Shown here in pieces: positions 40,617 to 50,900 of a stretch of 64,000 nucleotides of DNA. The notes below the pieces were generated by a model. That model was not told the origin of the DNA, searched no databases, and saw only the letters and a list, made by a program, of their open reading frames with translations. The translations under genes were made by a program, and so were the position numbers. Position 1 is the first letter of the stretch; each line of letters opens with the position of its first letter. This DNA is from Balanoglossus misakiensis (lineage: Eukaryota; Animalia; Hemichordata): contig CM082587.2 of the NCBI GenBank assembly GCA_040954595.2, positions 10,669,403 through 10,733,402 on the forward strand, in the 5' to 3' direction.

Positions 40617-43600
40617 TTAATCCCTTTCAAATGTGTTAGGGAGAGGAGACAAGTGGAGTGTCTCTCCCATTACAAGTTCTACACATTTTTTTTTCAAAAA
40701 TGAAGGCAAGACAGCAATACTGTCATGTATAATATCATTTAGTGGTATTATGTGTGTACACTGTATACCAATTTCATTATCAACAAATAATGGCCTTCCA
40801 GTTAAATATCTCTTGACTATAACAAAAGGTTTTTCACTACAACCACAAGGATCGTCACCTTCACATACACAATCTGGCTTAACAATGACAAGACTTCTTA
40901 TTGCATAATAGTTCTGATCAGCTCCCTGAAAATGATGATTCACTCTCTTGAATGCCCTTGTATAACTACTTGTTGTAAACACAACACCCAATACCATGAA
41001 CCGATTGTAGTATTTAGCACTGACATTTGTCATACGATGGCCCACTAACTCCTCTATGGCTAACTGGTCAGTCAATCTTAATTGCTGTTTGCAGGGAGCT
41101 CCCATTGTAAGAATCCCCGAGCATCTTTGGTAGTGCCTCTCTAAAAGGACCATTCCACAAGACAATTTGTCAAATATTTTTCTCAGAACACCATTGTGAG
41201 GTATAATTGTTGATCGTCTTGATAAATCTCTCCAGCTACAGAAAGTATTTGCAATCTGTGAAGGTACATGTTGTGTTCCCTGAAACAGCTTCATGAGCAC
41301 CCCATTGTTACTTTCAAAGATAAATGATGATGTAGCCCAGAGTGGTGCCCAATGTCTAACACTGTTAGACAAATGTAATAATATGTGCATATTAAAGGAC
41401 ATACATTCTTTACCATATAGCTGTTCTGTTGTAATCACAAATTTTCTGATAACTTGCTCTGCCAGATCAATAGATTGTCTCGGTACATTTTCCTGGAGCA
41501 AGGTGTGAATCCCAAAGACCAATAAAAACCAATGGTTGATATAAACTGCAGGTAGCACACCTTTCAAAACAATCAATGAATAGAATAGAAGAAATGCCCT
41601 CCATTCTGAACCTTTCCAATATTTTCGTTGGTCTAATGAACGTGGTGTTCTAGTTATTTCATTTGGTGGGGACTGCTGTTGTAAACGAGAATTAACTAAG
41701 CGCTGCTTAGTGGGGGTTAAATACCATGGCTTCTGTTTATTTTCACTGTTAAGCCAAAGGTAGGTTACTTGTCTGACTACCCCTAACAAAACACAATGTA
41801 AATAATCTGGGACAAACCCTTGCACTATGTCAAAATTTGGAAGGAGCATACAGACACTGGGTCCCTTCACGCCTAACACTGGTTGATCATTTTCAACAGC
41901 CTGCCTGCTACACTCTTGAAATTGGTCATTATCCCTTGGCTCAGGATTAGCAAGGTCGTGCACACTATACACACGGGCATGACCATTGCCCTTGGCAATA
42001 TATTCCCCAGGGTGAAGGCACCAGTCACATCCATATTCCCCATTGTATTGCTTACAGTTTCGAATCATTGGTCGGGCTACGGAATCTGCAGTACACAATA
42101 ACACATGTGCACGTGTGTTGATCACCTCACCAGTATTTTGGTTTTGCCAGTTGAAGCCGTCGGTACACAATGCCACACACTCTTCCACAAATGGTGCCAA
42201 AAAGCAATCCATTTGTGGTTTAGTTTGACCGAACCACAGGCCTGGCATGAGGATATTCTTTTTTTGACATTTTGGTGTCAGTTCCGTAACTGTACATTGA
42301 ATGGGCCATACAGAGAAACCTGATGACTTAAAAGCTGGCACTCCATCACAATTCCAGAGAAGTGTTAAGTCATTATCCCCAACAATATTGTTAAGAAGAT
42401 CTTGATAAATTGACCCACCAAAAAGAGTTGAATTTGACAATTCACCACTTACGTTCTGATTTTCCATAAGATCCACAAGTTGATCCTTTAGTGACAACAT
42501 TATGAAAAATGTGCTATTCGTTAGAGAAGTTTGCTCACTGAATGGCTCATTACAACCAACACAAGTGTCAACTGTAATTTCCCCTTCCACCCCAATGTAT
42601 GTCATACAACTGCAACAATAAAAGTGCTTCTTACATGATACAGCAGTCTCTATGAAACATTTCTTGAAAAAATATGTTGTTGCTGGTACAGTTTCTGGAG
42701 CTGTCAAGTTAATGATATCCAATAAGTCCTGAACAGCATCTCTTGTTAGTCTGTGCCTGAGGATAAATGCCTGAAGAAGCAGACAAAGCTGGTCTGTTGT
42801 GACGTTTGTTTCTTCGTCGGCCTGTTGACACCCCTAAGAATGAGAAAAGGCAATATAAATAACACAAATATGTTCCTTAACCAATAAGGATGTTGCTTTT
42901 TTCAATTTCATGAGATAAATATCTGGTCACAGGACAAACTAGGAAATAAAACTGAATACAGCCATGCCACATGCCCTCACTTTAGCAGCAGGATCCTGTT
43001 ACAATAAAGCCCATAAAGGCATTAGCACCACAATTTACCCACAATTCCCTGTGATTGATACTATCATGTGTTACAACTTTTTCAATGCAATAACCAATGA
43101 ACCATGTCATTGAATCAAATAAAAATTTCGCTAGATTTTACAGAAATCTTAAAAAATACCATTTTATGTGCAAAAAAGTCACTCTCTAGGTATGTCGTCA
43201 TTTTGGGTACTAAATCAGGTTAACATACATTTTTTTGTCTTGTCAATTGGAAAAGGCATTATTAAAAAAGACATTTCGTTTTATTTTTTTAACAAACACA
43301 ACAATATCTCTACATGAAAGTGCACTGTGAGATAGACATTGTCTAATGTAACATGACTTACAAACCACACACACACACCAGCTATCCTGTGACTATGTGG
43401 TATGTTGAATCAAGAAGTAAGACTTACCAATTCATTATCAAGCAGATATGGTCCTATGCCAGTCACACCATTTTCTCCATTCTGCATGTTTGCATGAAGA
43501 GTCTCTCCATCGTCTGTTGTGTCTGTTTCTGCAATTATGTTTTCATTGTTGTCCTGTTCACTGCTACAAAAACTTTCACTCAGATCGTTGCCATGAACGG

Positions 43601-44532
43601 TTTCATCATCATCCAAATGTCCCTCAATATCAGTTTCAAAACTGCTGAGAATGTCATCCTCTGTGACATCACCATTATCAAGGCTACCTGTGTTCAGAGG
43701 TTCAGATCCAGCCCCATGATCACTACAAGCCAGAATTTCATCTTCATCTTGTTGAATTGAGGTGTCATTGTGCTGAAAGATGAAAACAACCACATATAAG
43801 GAAGCGCCTTCCATCAAATTAATGTACAAGAAAACTTTATCTGAAAATGAGTATGTGAATTTTTTTTTCTAGTCAGATCGATTACAAAAGCATAGAAAAC
43901 AAACTCATATTATTATGCGGGAGTCAATGTAAACCCCCACCCCCACCTCGGGCGATACAGGACAAATGTGGGAGATTCGACCGTTTTGGCCATGAAACTG
44001 TGCCCGAGGAGGTGGGGCAATTGCCTCATTTTGATCCCCCTATTCCTTTCTTGGAATTTATGAATGCCACCCATGGGGGTGGGGGAAATGTGGGGGATTA
44101 ACTTGTATCAGGTGGGGATTTTCAAGATTGTTTTGCCCCAGGGGTGGGGCATTTGACAGATTTGCACCAGACCATTCGCGATTCTTGTCGAAATTGTACC
44201 AGAAACTCGGGTCGGTCATGGAGGTACTAAGAGTACCTCGATCCATGGGTCGATCGGGCCGTTAGTATAAAATATCCCACAAACGCAGGATTACGTGTTT
44301 GTTTGCCTAAAGCAAACATCGGTTCTTGTGCATCATGCATGTCGCCATGGAGGACAACGTACGCGTACATGGTTTGGTTACTTTTAAAAAACATTGGAAG
44401 TGATCTGCAATTAGTACATACCTCAAAACAATTGTTATTACGATGCCGCCGCCTCGTCAAAGTTCTTTTTGGAATACCGGCTTCAGGATCCCTCAGGTAA
44501 CGTTTGTATGGACCACGCTTCGAGTTAGACAT
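40617..44532 (-). CDS. EnSpm/CACTA-type DDE transposase, 3 exons (44532-44422, 43772-43428, 42833-40617), about 890 aa
   Basis: Motifs WNCDGVP, WPI, ADSVAR, YNGEYGCDWC, PDYLHCVLLGV, WKGSEWRAFLLFY, NMHILLHL and SSFIFESNNG. GT-AG introns are both phase 0 and join the exons into one open frame. Exon 2 is acidic. Confidence 0.88.
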
Positions 44533-44828
44533 GTCTACGTCTTCGATCGATGTAAAGGTCAACGCGACTCAGCTGATCTGACGCTCAACTAGGAAATACG
44601 TACGTAACGTCCGGTCATGTGACGACCATGTGACTTGTTGAAAGTAGACAGATTTCGGAGGTAATGCGACTGTTTGATAGTAAACCTTCGAAAGCCACGC
44701 GAAATTAGTTTTCAAACAATAAATATATACCCCCAAAATATCCAACTTAAATGCAATATGAAAAATTAAAAAAAAAAAATACCCCGGGGTTGTATTGGAG
44801 CTTTTCCCAGCATGCATCACGGCGCGTC

Positions 44829-44836
44829 TATATAAG
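44829..44836 (+). promoter_or_regulatory. Putative TATA box of the BEN gene, separated from it by the Gypsy insertion
   Basis: TATATAAG. In the reconstructed empty site it lies 30 nt upstream of an Inr-like TTCA (A at 55837) and about 120 nt upstream of ATG 55927. Confidence 0.5.
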
Positions 44837-44847
44837 TGCCAACGACC

Positions 44848-45142
44848 TGTAGCGTTTTCCCCAACTTCAACGCCACGGAAAGGTTTCCCTAGTCAATGCC
44901 CGTAACGCATACTCACCTAGTTGAGTGCGTGCAGGCGGTCCGGGTCCAGAGCAAGTAGAGCGTGTAGCACCAGACCATGGACGAGACGAGAGAGAACCCC
45001 GACTTCCGGTCCCACGGTGTTATATATACCCTTCACGGGGTCACGTGACAGGTCACATAAGGGTCACCACCTAATCAGCATTTCCACAGGAATCTCCAGG
45101 CACTGGCATACTCCAGGTGAGGTTTTCTCCAGAAATACCACA
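44848..45142 (-). repeat. 3' LTR (295 bp)
   Basis: TGTAGCGTTTTCC...AAATACCACA on the plus strand. No differences from 55527-55821 seen by eye. Confidence 0.96.
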
Positions 45143-45160
45143 CTCTCCCCTGTTTTCTTC
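45143..45160 (-). other. Polypurine tract
   Basis: Minus strand GAAGAAAACAGGGGAGAG abuts the 3' LTR. Confidence 0.85.
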
Positions 45161-45523
45161 TGGAGCGATGGGTTCCGTGTGGACCTCTGGAAACTGGGAG
45201 ATTCCTTTCATAGATGGTTAGATGATTATGGACGGAACAGCCGATTCGAATCAATCCGGGATATGGCACGTTTTTCTTTTTTCTCTTTTGGGGACTTTTT
45301 AGAGCCATACCGTCGAGATCGATTCTTACACGATGGTGGCAAACACAATTTTACTGCCACTGGGGAGGGACCGGAAGTAACAAAAATCAACAAGCAAAAA
45401 TATCCCCAGTGGCGTGGGCCCAGATAAAAGGGAAAGACCCATGGAAGGCAGCTCCGGATGTAATATGGATTTCACAGTCAAACACCAATACTGCAGCCTA
45501 GGACCCCCCCAAAGATTACCCGT

Positions 45524-47893
45524 TCAGTCGAAGCCGTACAAGCGCCTGGTGTTGTTGGCAGCAGCTTCCAGTAGTTGGTTCAGAGGTATCCCCCGCCGCG
45601 CCGCAACCAGGACAGCAACATCTCCGATAAAGGCTGGAGTGTTGGGCTTGGCACCATTGGCCACAGGGAAGTACGGGGAGTCCGTCTCCAAGAGAAGACG
45701 ATCCTCTGGCACCGCCCTGAGTGCTTCAAGCTGAGGGGTAGAAAAAGTGTTAACACCAGCATTAAAGCTGAAGTAACAGTACGGATAATCCCTGGTCCAG
45801 CACTCGACCACAAAACGATCTCCAGTGAAGCCATGGAAGTGGATCAACTGCTCACTGGCGCAGTACTCACGAACGAGTTCAAGAGCCCTACGCCCGACAG
45901 CAGCAATACACACATCTCCCGTAGCTCCTCTGATGTGCAGAACCAGGACCTTCCGTGGATCACACAGGGAAAGGGCCAACCTGAACACGGTCTCCTGGAG
46001 AGGCCATTTGTCTGCCGCAACAGAGAAATCTAACCCAACCTCCCCAACTGCTGCCACCTGAGGGGATTGGATTAATTCCTTGAACTTCTCCAGTCGATTT
46101 CCAGTCAGTGTTGCCGCCTGTTTGGGATGTATTCCCACAGCAATTTTCCAACGCTTACTCCGGGAAAGATTGGTGGGAAAAGTCGTAGGGTCACAGTAAA
46201 CCTCCACCCCACCCAATACGGGAATCCCCGTCAGGGATTTCAGCATGGAAGGGGAGGAGACCACTACGTCCGATGTCACGCGGGTGACAGTACCCCGCCA
46301 CGAAGAAGTCAATCGATCCAAATGAAAATGAGAATCAAAGGCTCCTAGTGGCGAAGCCGCACTGCCAACGCATTTCACCTTACCCTTAGACTTAGTCGGG
46401 GGAGGACCTACATCCAAACGCTGGCTCCCTGAAGCAGAAGCAGTTGCCGAGGCAATCAAATCTTGCACTTCCTGTGATCGGGACACAGTGCACGACTTCC
46501 TGGGCAGAGGATGGCTTTGCTTGGTTTTCTTGGCCTGCAGAATCTGCCGATCCCCGCTGAAGAGGCCTGCAAACTCCGCTCTCTGCAAAGGAGAAAGAAA
46601 ACCCAACAAAACCAAGAGCACTCTCCAGTGAACGAGTACAGCGGGAGAATTTGGCGGGTGGAGTCCAAACCGTAGCATGGGCTCCCACCCCAAATCCCTA
46701 CATAGCTGATGCATCAAAGGAAAATACTCTTCCTCTACCGATGAAACCGGCGGAAGAAAGACATGGCCAAACCGCTTGAAATAAACCAACAAGCTCATGG
46801 CCGGTGAACCTGGTGATCCCCCAACAATCCAGGAATGGAGAATGCCCAAAGCATGGAACACTCTCCAAGCCTCGAAAGGATGATCACCCCGGAGTACCGG
46901 AGGAACATGCTTACCCAAGACATGAGCCCTGAGGTCCACAGTTACCTCCGTGCACTCCGGCAAGGGACAACGAACATGACCTGCCGGCGGTATTCCAAGG
47001 TAGCCTGGGGGAAGAGGAACGAGAGGGGGTTGCCCTAAACCAACCGGGAGAAAAGCCTCACTAAAGGGTCCGACCAGAGAAAGAGGGCCAGATCGTTGCA
47101 CCCGCTGACTCCCTGCGGAGCCAACAGGAGGCTGATTCAGAACCCCCTTCCCCTTCTTGCCTTTACTGGACTTCTTCTTACCCCGGCCGGTTGCCACCAC
47201 AGCCTTCCTCACCGCTGGTCCTCGTTGCGGGCTAGCCGTTTCCATAGGCGCAGGAAGTACTTCCGGCGCTGCCTCCACCGGGGCAGAGACCAACACCGGT
47301 TGCACCTCCGGTATGGATCCAACCGGTGGACATACCAGTTCCCCCGCCCCCGGCCCCCGAGCGCGTTGGACGTCTGGCAGAGGTGCTGCGGGCAGCACCT
47401 CTTGCGGGATATCTGAGTGCACAGACTCCCGCTGCCATCTTTCCACTTGCTCAGGGTCCTGAAGACGGAAGTCCCGGTACATACCATCAGGTGGAACTTC
47501 ATACGAAGCCGACTTCTTGGACCTTTGGGGAGCAGACCAGGTGTTTTCTCTTGGATTTGGATGAGGAAGATGTTCATCAATCCAAGCGCGATCAAAACCA
47601 AGGCAAAGATCGACGTCTTTGCGCAGGGCTCTGATCCATCCCCATCGCTTCCTCCGGGCTGCTATGGTGTATTGACCGATCAGGAGCTCCTGGCCCTGTG
47701 CCACAGACCGGTCAGGTCCCATGGAAATAACCCCGATGCCATTGACTAGCTCCCGAACTTGCCAAAGGAAGTCATTGGTGGTAGCATCGGAGATCTCCTG
47801 GCTAAGACGCTGGCGAGCGGCACTCGGACCAGTCGGAGCGACCTCCTTCCATTGGCGCTTGGGCGAGGCAGGGGGAGGAGACGAAGAAGCCAT
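45524..47893 (-). CDS. Gypsy ORF3: Pro/Ser-rich N-terminus, C2H2-like motif and C-terminal TatD-family metal-dependent nuclease domain (about 789 aa from ATG 47893; frame open to 47968)
   Basis: TatD motifs FDSHFH, VGIHP, AVGEVGLD, VLHIR, IHFHGF and LLLETDSPY in about 45527-46345. CPLPEC-x9-HVLGKH at about 46907-46969. Splice acceptor immediately before ATG 47893. Confidence 0.88.
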   Translation of the reverse strand: MASSSPPPASPKRQWKEVAPTGPSAARQRLSQEISDATTNDFLWQVRELVNGIGVISMGPDRSVAQGQELLIGQYTIAARRKRWGWIRALRKDVDLCLGFDRAWIDEHLPHPNPRENTWSAPQRSKKSASYEVPPDGMYRDFRLQDPEQVERWQRESVHSDIPQEVLPAAPLPDVQRARGPGAGELVCPPVGSIPEVQPVLVSAPVEAAPEVLPAPMETASPQRGPAVRKAVVATGRGKKKSSKGKKGKGVLNQPPVGSAGSQRVQRSGPLSLVGPFSEAFLPVGLGQPPLVPLPPGYLGIPPAGHVRCPLPECTEVTVDLRAHVLGKHVPPVLRGDHPFEAWRVFHALGILHSWIVGGSPGSPAMSLLVYFKRFGHVFLPPVSSVEEEYFPLMHQLCRDLGWEPMLRFGLHPPNSPAVLVHWRVLLVLLGFLSPLQRAEFAGLFSGDRQILQAKKTKQSHPLPRKSCTVSRSQEVQDLIASATASASGSQRLDVGPPPTKSKGKVKCVGSAASPLGAFDSHFHLDRLTSSWRGTVTRVTSDVVVSSPSMLKSLTGIPVLGGVEVYCDPTTFPTNLSRSKRWKIAVGIHPKQAATLTGNRLEKFKELIQSPQVAAVGEVGLDFSVAADKWPLQETVFRLALSLCDPRKVLVLHIRGATGDVCIAAVGRRALELVREYCASEQLIHFHGFTGDRFVVECWTRDYPYCYFSFNAGVNTFSTPQLEALRAVPEDRLLLETDSPYFPVANGAKPNTPAFIGDVAVLVAARRGIPLNQLLEAAANNTRRLYGFD

Positions 47894-47924
47894 GTCTGTG
47901 GACAATGAAGAGAAAGACAATAGA

Positions 47925-50900
47925 TTAAGAACATGCCGGACAAGTATAAACAGAAATCCTCCGCGCATCCCTGGTCGTCACCCCAACGCAGTGTCCATGG
48001 TACCACTCCGAGCAAGCATCACACTGGATCATGAACTCACCACGATAGGGCTTCCGACAAACACAATATAGTGTCGATGATACATCGGCGATCTCTGCCT
48101 TACCTGTACTATGCCGTTTGAGATTTTCTTGATACCTCATGACCCATTGGGGCAGGTCTCGGCTCCGACATAGCTTAAGTCGATCATGGTGGGCAGTTAC
48201 TATGGCCCGCTGGAATTTTACCTTATACAAGTATGGTGTTAACTTGTTGATAATAATCCCAGGTCCTTTCCACGGACGACTTAATTTCCGGCTTTTCCCT
48301 TTTCCTACTGCAGATTCAAGCATGTAAACGCAATTCCCTACCTCGTAAGAATAAAGGTTTACCCTTAAATCATAATTCCTCTTCATTACTTCTTGGGTAG
48401 ATTGAAGTTTGGTCCTTGCTATCTCATGCGCAAGCTTGATAGCGGACTCAAGCTCACAGACATGGTCCTGCGGCTCCTTACCTTTGACTGATGATAAGCC
48501 AAATACGAGGTCGGAAGGTTGATTGACTTCACGACCAAGCATTAGCTTATTGGGGGTGAATCCTGTATGTCTATTGATACAGGACCGGAGAGCTCCAGCA
48601 ATTTGTGATAGATACACATCCCAGTTTCGCTGAGTTTTGTCCACAAAACATCGAACTGCATCCATTATACTTCTGTTGGCCCGCTCCACTTGTCCATTTG
48701 CGGAGGGCCGGTAGGGTGTAGTCCGGGTCTTGTGAATGTGTAGCACGTCACAAATTGCGGAGAACAGTTTACTCTCGAAGTTAGCGCCCTGGTCAGTGCA
48801 GATCTCAAATGGATAACCAAATCGCGAAAAGAAGTTTTCCACGGCTGCATGTGCTGTTATTTCCGCGGTTTGGGATGGAAGTGGTATGCACTCCACCCAT
48901 TTCGTGAACTGGTCAACCATTACAAGAACACACTCATTCCCTCGTGCTGTTTGAGGTAGTGGGCCCAGGAAATCCAGATGGACACGCTCCATAGGGGCGC
49001 CAGCATGGAACTTGGTTAACGGGAATCGGGATCGACGCACAGGTTTCTTGCTAGTTGCACAGACACTACAAGAAGTAATAAACCGGGTGATATCTCGAGA
49101 CATACCATACCAGAAATATTTCTCCCTGAGTTTGGCTTGAGTCCTGGTAATCCCCTGATGTCCTGCAGCAGGAATGTTGTGATTTAACTCCACGACCTCC
49201 AACTGCAGCGATCTGGGCACAACCAGGGTCACACTGTCATCCAGTTTCCTCCATATGGTCCCATTTTCAATAAAGAAGATATCCCTGTTAATCCAATAAT
49301 ACTTGGCTGCCGGAGAAGACAAGAATATCTCATTACTGCTTGGTTCCACTTTCGATGTAAGCCATGGCCACAGAAAAATCAGATCTGCATCCTGTTGCTG
49401 GGCCTGACCGATTTCCTTGGTCGTATACCCCAAAAAGGTGCTGCCTTGGGTGTCTTGGTGAAACCGTGTAACAACACAACATTTTGGGGAGGATACGGTT
49501 TTAATTATCTCAACTGAGGGGTACATAGTATCCAGGTCACTAATAGTACCATCCTCAGGAGATAAAGGATCCCAGCAGATGAAATCCGATTCCCATGGCC
49601 ATTTTGGAAACTGGTTGGTGACTTGCAGTTGAGCAACCTTGAGGGTCGATTCGGTGTCCTTGCCCTGATAAGGAAATGAGACTAGTGGTACTACATCATC
49701 CACATCACTGGTAAAACGAGCCCAATTGTCATGTGCACGAGTACAGTAGTAACATCCCCCACAGGGTAGATTTCCTGGTCTAACTTCGATGGAAAAATCG
49801 CAGCAAACTTCACCATGGGGCTGGCGTGATAAAGCATCGGCGTTACTGTGCTTCTTCCCAGGTCGGTGTTGTACGGTCATGTTGTATTGGCTAAGTTCTT
49901 CCAGCCACCTTGCCAGTTGTCCTTGGGGGTCCTTGAACCGTAGGAGCCAGACAAGACTGCTATGGTCGGTTCTGATAGTAAATTGGTTCCCCAACAGAAA
50001 ATGACGGTACTGGCGAGTAAACCGTACCACTGCTAGCAGCTCCTTCCTGGTAGTACAATAGCGTCGTTGCTCAGGGGTAAGGGCATAACTTCCATAAGAA
50101 ATTACTTTTTCCTCCCCATTCTGCACTTGCAATAATTCAGCTCCAATGGCGAAGTCCGATGCATCTGTATCTAAAATAAAAGGATCGGTGTTGCTGGGCA
50201 AAGCGAGCACAGGGGCAGACAACAAAGCCTCTTTCAATGTGTCAAAAGCCTGCTGTTGTTCCTGACCCCAAATGAAAGCTTTTTTCCCGGTAACACCATA
50301 GAGAGGAACAGCCGTATTAGCGAAATCTTTGATGAAAGCTCGATGGTAATTGGCCAATCCCAAAAACTTCTCAACATCTTTGGTGTTCTTAGGTACGGGC
50401 CAATCCTTGACTGCTCGAATGGAACTTTTATCCAACTCCACATTGCCGTTCCTGATGATGCGCCCCAAGAAGACGACTTCTCTTTGAAAGAGATCGCACT
50501 TCTTGGGTTTCAGTTTTAGTTGGTAGTGACGCAGTCGATCAAAAACTTTCCGCAAGTAGGTCAGATGGTTGTCGAATGAAGTCCCAAGCACGAGAATGTC
50601 ATCAATGAAGGCTAACACGATATCCCAAGTAAGACCTCTGAGTACTAGATTGATGACTCTGGAGAATGTGGCTGGAGCATTGCAGAGACCAAAGGGCATT
50701 CTATTGAATTCAAACAAACCATATTTGGTGGTGAAGGCAGTTTTCTTCTGGTCTTCTTCCTTGATTCTAATCTGCCAATATGCTGAGTTTGCATCCAATT
50801 TTGAAAACCACGTTTGTCCTGCCAATGTATCCAGACATTCTTCAATCAGAGGTAGAGGGTAGACATCTTTGGTCGTGTGATCATTTAATGCACGATAATC

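Noticed and set aside
40617-42722. Transposase starting at 42722 as in the ORF track
   Set aside because: That start is a TTG. The frame is open to a splice acceptor at 42833, and two upstream exons supply an ATG at 44532.
44921-45427. 168-aa plus-strand ORF, and the identical N-terminus of the 245-aa ORF at 55600
   Set aside because: Both start at a TTG inside the LTR antisense strand. Only the part from ATG 55927 is credible coding sequence (BEN gene exon 1).
45524-47968. ORF3 as an env gene or as bacterial tatD contamination
   Set aside because: No env-type architecture is evident. The TatD domain is fused in frame to a long low-complexity N-terminus and sits inside an LTR pair behind a spliceosomal acceptor.
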